Source: a virus
Direction: 5' to 3' (one strand)
DNA length: 64,000 nt
Virus record (IMG/VR): IMGVR_UViG_3300034102_002082
Location: 65,857-129,856 of that record
Shown: piece after piece, positions 51,290 through 61,497 of the stretch
Position numbering within the stretch: position 1 is the first letter of the stretch
How the letters are laid out: each line of letters opens with the position of its first letter
The notes under the pieces: model-generated
The model's database searches: none
The model's input: only the letters and a program-made list of their open reading frames with translations
What the model was told of the DNA's origin: nothing
Made by a program: the position numbers and the translations under genes

Positions 51290-52438
51290 ATGAATAAATT
51301 ATCTACGTTATTTTCCAGAACAGCTACCGGAGCTATCCAACAATGGGATATCGAAGTCACAGATAACAGATTTAGAGTTATTTGTGGGCAAGTAGGTGGT
51401 CAATTAGTTACTAGCGAATGGAGCCAATGTGAAGGAAAGAACATCGGAAAGAAGAATGAGACTTCACCGGAAGGACAGGCATTCCTAGAAGCAGAATCAA
51501 AATGGACAAAGAAGGCTCGGATGGGATATACCGAGGATATAAGTAAAGTAGATAACTGCATGGCTTATATCGAGCCAATGACAGCGAAAAAACTTGTAGA
51601 TCGACTCAAGAAAATCGACTTCAAGAAAGGTGTTCTTGTTCAGAACAAATATAATGGCCACAGGTGTGTTGCAAGAATGGAGGGAGGAAAAATCATCCTT
51701 AGAACCAGAACAGGAAAATTATATTATTGTGTTCCGCACATTGCTAAAGACTTGGAAGAGTTCTTTACCAAATATCCAGAATCTATACTTGATGGAGAGC
51801 TATTCAATAATGACCTGAGAACAAAATTGAATGAGATTAGTAGCTTACTCCGTAAAGGTGAGGATGTTACTGCGGAAGATCTTGAAAAGAGTGAACGATT
51901 GATAAAATTCTACGTTTATGATGGATATAATTTTGACGAAACTCTGGATCAAGACTCTGATTATATTCTTAGAAAAACATTTATTGATACAAATATTTCG
52001 GAGTTATGTGATTTCTGCGAAATTGTAAAAACTGATATTGCTTATTCTATGGTAGAAGTCGATAAAATTTATAATGAATATTTAGCTGATGATCAAGAAG
52101 GTGCTATTATTCGACTCCCAAATTCACCATACGAAAATTCCCGTTCTGCTAATCTCCTGAAATACAAGCCTGTTGATGATAGTGAATGTGAAATATTGAG
52201 CTTACATGAAGGTACTGGAAATTGGGCAGGAACAGCAAAAACTGCAACGGTGAAATGGAACGATAAAATTTTCGACGCGACATTTAAGGGATCTTTGGAA
52301 CTAGGAAGAGAGCGATTAAAGAATCCAACACCATGGATAGGAGCCACTGTAACTTTTCTGTATAATGGATTGACAGGACTTTCCGTACCAAATTACGCAA
52401 GAATCGATCCAGAGAATTGCTTCACTGGAGACAAGTGA
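51290..52438 (+). CDS. ATP-dependent DNA ligase with WGR-like N-terminus
   Basis: QNKYNGHRC (KxNG motif I), LDGELF, FYVYD, QEGAIIR, LLKYK. Confidence 0.9.
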   Translation: MNKLSTLFSRTATGAIQQWDIEVTDNRFRVICGQVGGQLVTSEWSQCEGKNIGKKNETSPEGQAFLEAESKWTKKARMGYTEDISKVDNCMAYIEPMTAKKLVDRLKKIDFKKGVLVQNKYNGHRCVARMEGGKIILRTRTGKLYYCVPHIAKDLEEFFTKYPESILDGELFNNDLRTKLNEISSLLRKGEDVTAEDLEKSERLIKFYVYDGYNFDETLDQDSDYILRKTFIDTNISELCDFCEIVKTDIAYSMVEVDKIYNEYLADDQEGAIIRLPNSPYENSRSANLLKYKPVDDSECEILSLHEGTGNWAGTAKTATVKWNDKIFDATFKGSLELGRERLKNPTPWIGATVTFLYNGLTGLSVPNYARIDPENCFTGDK

Positions 52439-52459
52439 TAAATTATATTAATACGGAAT

Positions 52460-54151
52460 ATGAAAATTAATTACGGGTTGATTGCATATCTACCATATCA
52501 AGATAAAGATGGTAATATAGACATATTGCATTTTTGTGGATATGAACAAAAACCATCAACATATGATATTGAGTCTCTACGTGAGGAATTTAAGAATGAT
52601 AAAGAATTTGGACTCACTGAAATTTCCGATGATATCATCATACAATTAGCAACAGAATCTATTTTAGAATATTATAAAAGACAAATAAATACACATGAAC
52701 AAGTATAAATTAATTGAACGAGAACTAATATCAACAGAAACCGAACTTGGTGATATCAATATAAAGGTTTTTATCGCAATAGAAAAAGACGGTAAACAAA
52801 TCAAAGGGAATATAGACAGTGATACATTGAAAACTCTCGCTCAACACCACGGTAGAATGGTTGCTGGCGATACGCTACTAACAATGGTCGAGATGCTAAT
52901 ACAGGGAAAATTACAGGGAAAATAAATACACATGAATATACACGAAACAATAAAAAATATTATTGAATACACATTGAAAGATTGTGTTTTTCTTACTAAG
53001 GTAGGAGCAGACAATAAAGTTATAGACATACTCAGTATTTTAATTGATAATGGGAAGTTTAGGTTGGAATCTTCGATGGAGGGAACAACATACAGCGGAA
53101 CGGTTTATTATCAACTACCAAGACAATATGAATTTAAATGTATTAGTTTCGTATTGCGTGGGGAAAGCTGCTCATTTTCTGATACCGATAAAGTTAAACC
53201 TTTTAATTTTGATATCGTCAATAGACCATTAAAACAATTAGGTGTGATGGTTGATGGGTTATTGATATATAATCAAGTGGGTGGATATATATCATTAGAA
53301 AAATTACATGAAGATTTGGCCGATTTAAATTATTTCATGAAGAAAGTAAACGCAGCAGCAAAATATGAACCAAAGTAAATCTAAATTTTACAAGTGCTCC
53401 TGTAGCACCCATCTACTAGAAATAGATACATCATTTAGAGATGAAGCGGAGGATACTTATTTTTCTATATGGGAACTCGGGAGATCGTCTGGTAAAATGA
53501 GATGGACAGAACGCATTCGTTGGTGTTTCCGTATACTAAAAACTGGCAATCCATGGTCAGATAGTGTGTGTTTAAGCAAAGAACAAGTTAATGAAATAAT
53601 CGAACAATTAAAGCATGATTGAAGCACTCATAACAGTAAAAGTTAAATCAAACCACATGTCGAAAGATGATTTTGACATGGTGCGTGGATACAGTGGAAA
53701 ATGTATGTGGAGAGATTATGAAGAATATTTTTGGTCAATAAAAGATCCAATATTCAGTGGGCATACCACCGGACCAATAAGATTTGATACAGATGATATC
53801 GAAGTAGCCAAATTCTTACTCACAAAAGTAGAAGGATTGGTCACTGTTCACAGTATCACATTTATATAACACATCATGAATTGGAATCAAGAAACCCCTA
53901 ACCATTACTATTACATCGCCGCGCTATTCAATGCTAAGTTTTATGGATATTGCTCATGGTCAGTAACAGGAGATAAATTATCATTTTTGATATCACTCAA
54001 TGATGTATTTGTTCCAGCAGCAGATGCACAAGAAGTAGAACCAGAAGAAATGGACGAATATTATGATTTATTATGTGTTGACGACAGTGAAAAGGCTGGT
54101 TATGATCGCGTCATTCAACTAATAAAAAATAAAAGAGGATATACGGAATGA
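52460..54151 (+). other. run of six small hypothetical ORFs (52460, 52695, 52932, 53365, 53615, 53876)
   Basis: ORF track, overlapping start/stop packing. Confidence 0.55.
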
Positions 54152-54861
54152 GCGTAAATAATATAATGTTTTCTGGTGGGTTCGATAGTACTGCACTACT
54201 GCTTTCCAAATACGGAGAATGTAAAAATTTTCCACAAAATTATAACGTGATATCTGTCTATCATGAACTTATAACAAATAAAGACGAAGACAAGAAAGCC
54301 AGAGATAGAATTAAAGAAATATTAAAAGATCACCCACATAATAAATATTTCAATTTCGTCGAAATAAATGTCTCTGGTGGATTAGGTGCTTCTGGTCAAG
54401 CTTCTATTTGGCCTCAATATGCACTTGAAGGAGCAGTGAGTACATACGAAAGATCTGAATGTAATATATTTTTTGGTTACATAAAAGGGGATGATTTCTT
54501 CCACTTTAAAGGTGAATACATGGATTTATATAAATCATATGAAAAAGTAATACGAGGATATGAAAATATAACAGATTTCAAGATAAATCCAATTTTTCCA
54601 TTTGAGTGGTTCACAAAGAGAGAATTGGTTTACATGTACTCAACAATACCCGAAGTATTTTATGCTATATCATGGGCTGGAGACACTGTTACGTGTAAAG
54701 CAAAGGAAAAAGAAGAAATTGAGAACATATTCGAACAAATAAAGTTAGGGCTAAGAGCAAATGAGCGCGGAGAGAAAAAGGTAGCGTGTGATGATTATCG
54801 CGTCGATAAAGAAGAAAGAAAAGAAGTAATTGATTTAGATCAATATGTTTATGAAATTTAG
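54148..54861 (+). CDS. QueC-like PP-loop ATPase
   Basis: MFSGGFDST, FGYIKGDD, FPF...KREL; C-terminal Zn-binding Cys cluster absent. Confidence 0.6.
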   Translation: MSVNNIMFSGGFDSTALLLSKYGECKNFPQNYNVISVYHELITNKDEDKKARDRIKEILKDHPHNKYFNFVEINVSGGLGASGQASIWPQYALEGAVSTYERSECNIFFGYIKGDDFFHFKGEYMDLYKSYEKVIRGYENITDFKINPIFPFEWFTKRELVYMYSTIPEVFYAISWAGDTVTCKAKEKEEIENIFEQIKLGLRANERGEKKVACDDYRVDKEERKEVIDLDQYVYEI

Positions 54862-54910
54862 AAAAATCGGTTATTGACAATTTTGGTGATAAGACGTAAT
54901 ATATCGGGCA

Positions 54911-55318
54911 ATGAAATTTCAGATAAAAACTACTTACGGAAGTCACTATGATTATGACAACGTAAGCCCATACACGGTTTTCGATGGTAAATGGGGAGGA
55001 TTCGGAATGCAGTCATGGTTTCGTGGAATTGATAAAGAAAATCCGAATAATGTATTCGAAACAGCATCAAAATGTAGCGAGGAAGAGTTAATTATTCGTA
55101 GTTGGTATTTTAGAGTCTTCGATATTAAACTCGATAAGTGGAGAGATTTAACAAAAAAAGAAAGCAATAAATACAGGATACCAGATAGAAAATATGTAAA
55201 ACCAGACTTCTCGAAAACTGTAGTGACAATGACAATAATGAAACGACCATTTGCCGACATTGATCTTAAATCTATTATGCTGGTTCAACCAATGAATGAT
55301 GGTGCTAATATAGAATAA
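54911..55318 (+). CDS. hypothetical protein
   Basis: ORF track; TTGACA upstream. Confidence 0.5.
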   Translation: MKFQIKTTYGSHYDYDNVSPYTVFDGKWGGFGMQSWFRGIDKENPNNVFETASKCSEEELIIRSWYFRVFDIKLDKWRDLTKKESNKYRIPDRKYVKPDFSKTVVTMTIMKRPFADIDLKSIMLVQPMNDGANIE

Positions 55319-55326
55319 TAAATTAT

Positions 55327-55788
55327 ATGGACAACGATAAAACAATAGTTGGTAAACTCGAAACAATAAAACACATTCACAAAGTTCGTGAGAATCTTTC
55401 CAAGGTAATTGAACTTCTTGATGAACGGGCTAGATTACATGATCTATCCAAGTTAGAAAGCCCAGAAGCTGAGATTTTTGGTGAGCATACACCTGAACTA
55501 GCTAAAGTTGAATATGGGTCAGATGATTACAAGAAGTTACTCGAAAAAGTAAAACCTGCTATAGATCACCATTATTCAAAAAACAGACATCATCCAGAAT
55601 TCCATGTCAATGGTATAAATGATATGGACTTAATAGATATAATCGAGCTTTTATGCGACTGGAAGGCTGCAACCGAAAGAAATAAAAATGGTAATATTAG
55701 AAAGTCTATAGAACATAATACTGGACGATATGGAATGTCTGAGCAAATGGCAAAGATAATGCAGAATACAATCGATAGACATTTTTAA
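55327..55788 (+). CDS. HD-domain protein (DUF5662-like)
   Basis: HI..V, LHDLSK, HHY..NRHHPE, IELLCDWKAA. Confidence 0.75.
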   Translation: MDNDKTIVGKLETIKHIHKVRENLSKVIELLDERARLHDLSKLESPEAEIFGEHTPELAKVEYGSDDYKKLLEKVKPAIDHHYSKNRHHPEFHVNGINDMDLIDIIELLCDWKAATERNKNGNIRKSIEHNTGRYGMSEQMAKIMQNTIDRHF

Positions 55789-56000
55789 TGAGTAATAGGG
55801 ACGGAAAACATACGAAACTTAGGCACAAAATATTTTCCGATTTCCCTAAGTGGTTTCGGGAAATTAGACCATTTAAATGTTGGTTTCCAAAAGGTAACTC
55901 TGTTCATCCATATGATTGGGATTTTCGCGATTCGAAAAATATGAAAACCAAATATCAAAATAAGAAAATAAAGGAAATTATTAAAAATGAAAGTGATTAA
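55788..56000 (+). CDS. hypothetical protein
   Basis: ORF track. Confidence 0.45.
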   Translation: MSNRDGKHTKLRHKIFSDFPKWFREIRPFKCWFPKGNSVHPYDWDFRDSKNMKTKYQNKKIKEIIKNESD

Positions 56001-56511
56001 TTTATTCGCTGGTCCATCGTCGGGTAAATCAACAACCGCAACTGGTATATTCTATACTTTAAAAAGTAAATATAACATAAATTGTGAGTATGTTTCCGAG
56101 TATGCTAAAGTATTAGCATGGGAGAACAATACAACAATAATTGGTGATCAATTATATGTTACAGCAAAACAGAATCGCGGTCTAGAAAGGTTGCGCGGTA
56201 AGGTTGATTATGCGATAACAGATTCACCATTATTGCTTGGGATACATTACTCTACCAATTACTTCTTGAAGAGCTATGAAGCTATGGTAGTTGATTTATT
56301 CAATAGCTACGATAACATCAATTTTTTCATTAATAGAAAAAAGGAATATAATCCACATGGAAGATTCCAAAATAAAGAACAAGCAATACAAGCAGACGTT
56401 GCTATAAAAAATTTGCTGATCACTAAGAGTATCATGTTTACGGAAGTGGACGGTGATATTTTTGCTGTTGACAATATCATAAAAATGTTAGATGATGTGA
56501 GACTGAAATAA
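55987..56511 (+). CDS. NadR/AAA_28-type P-loop kinase
   Basis: INLFAGPSSGKST, EYVSEYAK, ITDSPL, GRFQ. Confidence 0.8.
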   Translation: MKVINLFAGPSSGKSTTATGIFYTLKSKYNINCEYVSEYAKVLAWENNTTIIGDQLYVTAKQNRGLERLRGKVDYAITDSPLLLGIHYSTNYFLKSYEAMVVDLFNSYDNINFFINRKKEYNPHGRFQNKEQAIQADVAIKNLLITKSIMFTEVDGDIFAVDNIIKMLDDVRLK

Positions 56512-56515
56512 AAAT

Positions 56516-57010
56516 ATGAAAACTTTGACATACAAAACTGGAAATGTCCTCACCGACGAAAATATACAAGTCGTTATTCACCAGACAAATACTATGGGTG
56601 TGATGGGTAGCGGAATCGCCCTATCCGTGAAGAATATGTACCCACAAGCGTATGAAGCTTATAAATTAACCGAGAAAGAGAATAAGCTAAAACTCGGTGA
56701 AATTAGCTATGCTGGTATGCAACGAAATGGAAAACCATTCGTAATTATAAATGTAAATGGACAAGGAAATTTTGGTGTTGGTGTTAGACAGACTAACTAC
56801 GAAGCACTTTTTGTTGGGTTAGAACGCGCAAGAAAGATTTGCGATTTGGCACAAATGGAGCCAAAACCAACGGTAGGTTTACCATTTAACATAGGGTGTG
56901 CTCGTGGTGGCGGACAATGGGAAATAGTTGAACGTTTGATAGAAGTAGCCTTTGATGGATACTCTGGCGATGTAGTTATTGTAGACTATGACGGTGTAGA
57001 AAATAAGTAA
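56516..57010 (+). CDS. macrodomain ADP-ribose hydrolase
   Basis: GNV, HQTNTMGVMGSGIA, PFNIGCARGGGQW. Confidence 0.88.
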   Translation: MKTLTYKTGNVLTDENIQVVIHQTNTMGVMGSGIALSVKNMYPQAYEAYKLTEKENKLKLGEISYAGMQRNGKPFVIINVNGQGNFGVGVRQTNYEALFVGLERARKICDLAQMEPKPTVGLPFNIGCARGGGQWEIVERLIEVAFDGYSGDVVIVDYDGVENK

Positions 57011-57011
57011 C

Positions 57012-58203
57012 ATGAATACGAGAAAACATATATTTGGTAATTGGGAACAGACACAGATATATAATTTCTATACGGAGGAGGAAATTAAATCTCTATATGG
57101 TGGCGTATTGAAATATATTATAATATATGAATACCCAGCTGAAATAGTTGATAATAAATCAATCTTCGCAGTTTCTCGTAGATTCGACTCTGAACAAGAA
57201 ATGTTTGAATGGGTGAGTAAAAATGTTATTGGTATTCTTAACCTCATTAAACCGAGTGAACTACATCCATATTATATTGCCAGAATATTCCCCGAGGATA
57301 AGGCTACGTGATTAAAAATACGCCACAAGAATTAACTGATAAGTGGGAACCAACAACAAAACTAGTTGTTGGTATTTCTGTAGATGATAAATATATATTA
57401 TCGGTTCAACTAGAAGAACTGAAATCGGAATGTGAATCATCTGGAAAAAATTCCGATAATATATTCTGTATATTGCTGGTAGTATTGTTGCATTCTTACA
57501 GAGAAAAGTTCAATAACAAAATACCAAGTATGCTGTGGTTATATACCGATTTTTGTTCCAGCTTTAATTATGACTTTATGATGAAGGAGATAAATTCATT
57601 TTATGCGATGGATTCTCAATGTGAACTAGGAAATATGTATATCGATATATTGAAGGAAAGATTTTCAAAATGAAATATAAAGACGAGTACGTAAAAGCTA
57701 AGGTTGGACTCATGTCTCTTATAGGTGTGGGTGAAAAACTCCCCACCTCGTGGGGTAATTATTTTTGTATTTACGATGGTCCGCGCATCCTGAATATGTG
57801 GGCCGAGAACTTAGAGGATGCTGTAGAAAAGTTCCTACTCGATGGTCTCGTTAAAATTCGTAATTATGGTGAAGTTGCTATCATTATTGACGACAGAATT
57901 CCCCATGACTATTTCTATAACAAATGTTGCTTCACAAGTACTAGATGTGTAAGTTTAGAAATTGCGCAGGATATTTATAAAACTCTCGGTGATCCCACTA
58001 ACGAGTTATTACGATTTATAAACCCAAAAGAATATCATGAACTGCGAGGAGAAACTTACAAGGTATGCGACAATGGAATGATTCTCATAGGAACACCAAT
58101 AAAAGCAGGAAACAGAAAATTATCGAGTAAATGGAAATGTGAACTAAAAGAAGACGTTGTGATGTTATTTTCCCCATCTATACGTATAACCAAAAAACAA
58201 TAA
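57012..58203 (+). other. three hypothetical ORFs (57012-57311, 57308-57673, 57670-58203)
   Basis: ORF track, overlapping packing. Confidence 0.55.
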
Positions 58204-58695
58204 ATGAACTTAACTGATACAAAATATAAATTATATCTTGATGATATAAGAGACCCAACACAAACATATCCCGATACATTATTTTCGCAATGGGTAATTG
58301 TCCGCAGTTATGATGAATTTTGTAATTTCATAACGATGTATGGTATACCAAACTTTATATCGTATGACCACGACCTTGGTGAATCTCATTATAACCCAAA
58401 CATAGACCCAAAAGACTACAAAGAGAAGACTGGATATGATTGTTGCAAGTGGTTAGTAAATTATTGTATTGATAATAATAACCCACACCCAATGTGGAAA
58501 GTTCATTCGATGAATCCAGTTGGTAGAAAAAACATAGAGTCTTACATCAGAAATTTTGAAGATTCGTTGGTGATATATGGAACAAATTATAATACATATA
58601 CACAAACAATAAGTGACATTCAACCACCAGCCGGATTGGAAAAATGTGTGGAGATAATAGATAAACTGATTGACAATTTGAAGAAATCTATATAA
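58204..58695 (+). CDS. cyclic-phosphate-processing receiver-like domain protein
   Basis: LYLDDIRDP, ISYDHDLG, KTGYDC, VHSMNPVG. Confidence 0.8.
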   Translation: MNLTDTKYKLYLDDIRDPTQTYPDTLFSQWVIVRSYDEFCNFITMYGIPNFISYDHDLGESHYNPNIDPKDYKEKTGYDCCKWLVNYCIDNNNPHPMWKVHSMNPVGRKNIESYIRNFEDSLVIYGTNYNTYTQTISDIQPPAGLEKCVEIIDKLIDNLKKSI

Positions 58696-58705
58696 TAAGG
58701 TATAT

Positions 58706-59296
58706 ATGGAAACAGACAACAATACTTTTAAGATGTACCATGGTGGAAAGCGGTGGTCATTCATACCAACAGAAATTCAACCATCCGCAAAGAATAGATA
58801 TGAAGCTGGTGTTGGGATTTATTTTACAAATTATTACGATACTGCTAGTCGGTATTCTAAAGGTGGCAGAGTTATCCATCTCGTAGATATAGATAAAAAT
58901 TTCACAAAAATAGACGATGTTAGTGTAGAAGTAAGCGAATTTGTGAAGGATATAAAAAATATCTCCGGTCTAAAACTTAGAGAGAAGATAACACAAGATA
59001 TTATAAATTACGCAACTAAGACAAACAAAACATCGGTTCCTCTTAGTGTGTTGAATAATTTAGTAGTAAACTACGAAGTTGGTTCTGGACAAGTTGGTGT
59101 AAAAATAGCAAATTACTTCGCATCAAAAGGTGCGGACGCAAACATAGAACAACAAGGGGCAGGAGAATATTGGTTAGTAGTATTTAACCCAAAAATAATC
59201 AAGAAGGTTAAGATAGTAGATCAGAGTAAAGTATCTGAACCAGATTACTTAATTTCGCTAGATTTCTTAAAGAACAAGTACCGTGGAAATAAATAA
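58706..59296 (+). CDS. ADP-ribosyltransferase-like protein
   Basis: MYHGG, GVGIYFT...ASRYS, EYWLVVFNP (H-Y-E type). Confidence 0.6.
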   Translation: METDNNTFKMYHGGKRWSFIPTEIQPSAKNRYEAGVGIYFTNYYDTASRYSKGGRVIHLVDIDKNFTKIDDVSVEVSEFVKDIKNISGLKLREKITQDIINYATKTNKTSVPLSVLNNLVVNYEVGSGQVGVKIANYFASKGADANIEQQGAGEYWLVVFNPKIIKKVKIVDQSKVSEPDYLISLDFLKNKYRGNK

Positions 59297-60026
59297 AATT
59301 TACAACGAGTCTTGTCAAGAAACACTAAAAAAGTTTCAAGACTCATCAATAGACCATTGTATTACTAGTCCTCCATATAACATGAATCTTCGTGTTACGG
59401 GGAATAAGTATCATTCTAGACAAATAGTAAAAGAGTTCTCCACTAAGTATAATGGATTCAACGATAATTTACCACAGGAGGAATATTTCCAATTACATAA
59501 GGAAATTCTAAAAGAAATGCTTCGGGTAACCAAAGGGTATATCTTTTATAATATACAAGTAGTAACTGGAAATAAGCCTTCTGTTTTTAGGTTAATGGGT
59601 GAATTCCACAATCAGATAAAAGAATTGATTATATGGGATAAGGACGTAGCACAACCAGCCATGCAGAGTATGGTAATGAATAGTCAATTCGAATTGATAA
59701 TAGTATTATCAAATAATTCACCAATAACAAGACAATTCAAGGATGCTAATTTTTCTCGCGGAACACTATCGAACTTATGGAGAATAAAACGAGGGAAGAA
59801 AATATCTAAAGACCACGGAGCAATATTTCCAGAAGAACTAATCGAAAAGATAGTAACAAACTTTACGAAAGAGAACGATCTTATTTATGATCCATTTTTC
59901 GGAACAGGTACTGTCGGATTCGTTGCTAAGAAATTTAACAGAAATTATCTAGGAAGTGAATTATCAACAAATTACTGCAATATAGCAGAAACAAGAATTG
60001 GTGCGTCAAAATTTTTCGAGGAATAA
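59283..60026 (+). CDS. DNA amino-methyltransferase (N4-C/N6-A, beta class)
   Basis: ITSPPYN, HGAIFP, DPFFGTGT, GSE. Confidence 0.92.
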   Translation: MEINKIYNESCQETLKKFQDSSIDHCITSPPYNMNLRVTGNKYHSRQIVKEFSTKYNGFNDNLPQEEYFQLHKEILKEMLRVTKGYIFYNIQVVTGNKPSVFRLMGEFHNQIKELIIWDKDVAQPAMQSMVMNSQFELIIVLSNNSPITRQFKDANFSRGTLSNLWRIKRGKKISKDHGAIFPEELIEKIVTNFTKENDLIYDPFFGTGTVGFVAKKFNRNYLGSELSTNYCNIAETRIGASKFFEE

Positions 60027-60027
60027 T

Positions 60028-60516
60028 ATGCAAATAATACAAAGAAGTTTAAGAACAAGATTAAAAGATCTATCGAAGGAACTACAGAGAAGTTCACATG
60101 ATTCAGCAAAATCATATGAGAAATTGATTGATTTTAGAAACAAATCTGGATTGAATATAACGTCTATCGGAGAATTGCATAAACTATTAAAAACAAATAT
60201 TTCTGGTAGAATATTATATAGAATATCAAATGCCGCAAAAAAACGAGGAATGATTGTAGAAGCAAACGAGTTTATTGTATTGCATTCGATACTAACTAGA
60301 AAAGGAATTTATAAAGAATTACCGATACATTGCCCTAGATTTGATTATAGGGACATTCCATTCAAGAAGGTAACAAGCAAGATAGTAATCGAAAAACATA
60401 TCGAATCAACTGTAACCTTGTTTGGTTTTGATGGAAAACCGATGACAAAAGAATTAATTACTAGATATCCTGTATTCGATAGACAGGAAGAAAATATCGA
60501 AGAATCAATTTCCTAA
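60028..60516 (+). CDS. hypothetical protein
   Basis: ORF track; likely start MQIIQ at 60028. Confidence 0.5.
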   Translation: MQIIQRSLRTRLKDLSKELQRSSHDSAKSYEKLIDFRNKSGLNITSIGELHKLLKTNISGRILYRISNAAKKRGMIVEANEFIVLHSILTRKGIYKELPIHCPRFDYRDIPFKKVTSKIVIEKHIESTVTLFGFDGKPMTKELITRYPVFDRQEENIEESIS

Positions 60517-61074
60517 GAAAACTATCTCTTTTACGAAATTCTGATACTTCTTTGGTAGTCTATCATATTTTTCAATCAAGAATACCCAAAATTCATCTAA
60601 GTTAGAAATGGCATAATCACCGAAATATTGATACCAATTTTTTTCCTTCTTTACTCCCTTTCTAACTTCTTCAATTTTATTTTTTATCTCTTCTGATTGG
60701 TTAAACAACCATTGATGTGACCATTCATGGACAATGGTATCAACGATAAAAGCAGGATCGCTATCCGGTGAAATTATTATTAAATGGCTTGAAGCACCAC
60801 CCGCTGGCTTATTTTTTAAATTTCCTGGTGCATAATCGGTAAAAACCAATGCTGTTCTTTTCCATCTAAAACCGATTTTCTGAATTCTTGCCCTTGCTTC
60901 ATCTATCCATTTCTTGTAATTTGATCTTATTTTGTAGACCTTCTTAATCATGTCCTTCTGAGTAGGTGCGGTCAATTTGAAGTAGCCAACCGTAAAACCA
61001 TTGTAAGTACCCAATTTAACGAGTTCTTTCTGAGATACGTTGAATGTTGGTTTTGCTGCTTTTTTTGAGATCAT
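60505..61074 (-). CDS. HEXXH zincin-like protein
   Basis: VHEWSH ... YA..N.DEFW; late-type motif upstream. Confidence 0.6.
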   Translation of the reverse strand: MISKKAAKPTFNVSQKELVKLGTYNGFTVGYFKLTAPTQKDMIKKVYKIRSNYKKWIDEARARIQKIGFRWKRTALVFTDYAPGNLKNKPAGGASSHLIIISPDSDPAFIVDTIVHEWSHQWLFNQSEEIKNKIEEVRKGVKKEKNWYQYFGDYAISNLDEFWVFLIEKYDRLPKKYQNFVKEIVFLGN

Positions 61075-61193
61075 CGGTAAAACAATAAATATTTAGAAAA
61101 TTAAATTAAGTCTAGAATTTGCAAACAAATAATTGGAAGTCAACTAAAAATACGTATTTCTCCTATGAGAATCAAGATTTCCTAAAAAGAATG

Positions 61194-61221
61194 TTGACAA
61201 ACGAAAAACTTCTGATAAGGT
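61194..61221 (+). promoter_or_regulatory. sigma70-like promoter upstream of the tRNA-array leader
   Basis: TTGACA-N16-TAAGGT; late-type ATACTTAT also at 61283-61290. Confidence 0.55.
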
Positions 61222-61301
61222 AGTGGAATAGTAAATTTTGATTGCGAACGAAAAATAAATCGAACGTTTTTGAAATTCACATATACTTATATATACCGAC
61301 A

Positions 61302-61433
61302 ATGATACAATCAATTAAAACAGTCAAACAACCAAGACCGAGTATGTGGGCAACATCCCATAATCTCCTGTCTAATTGTGCGACCGTAGGCGAACGTTCA
61401 TTTAGCTATAATTTAGGAGATAAGGGTATCTAG
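61302..61433 (+). CDS. putative attenuator leader peptide (43 aa, all 20 amino acids)
   Basis: MIQSIKTVKQPRPSMWATSHNLLSNCATVGERSFSYNLGDKGI; 36 distinct codons; 3' end overlaps a candidate antiterminator strand. Confidence 0.65.
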   Translation: MIQSIKTVKQPRPSMWATSHNLLSNCATVGERSFSYNLGDKGI

Positions 61434-61468
61434 CAAGAAAAAATCTAAAAAATCTTTTCAAGCTTGAC

Positions 61469-61497
61469 ACCCTAAGACAAAAATCTTAGGGTTTTTT
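61469..61497 (+). terminator. intrinsic terminator of the leader (attenuator)
   Basis: ACCCTAAGA-CAAAAA-TCTTAGGGT followed by T run; 5' arm alternatively pairs with 61423-61434. Confidence 0.85.

Noticed and set aside
61242-61301. Longer 63-aa version of the leader ORF from a TTG start
   Set aside because: The extension runs through the ATACTTAT promoter-like motif; ATG 61302 matches the spacing seen at other genes.
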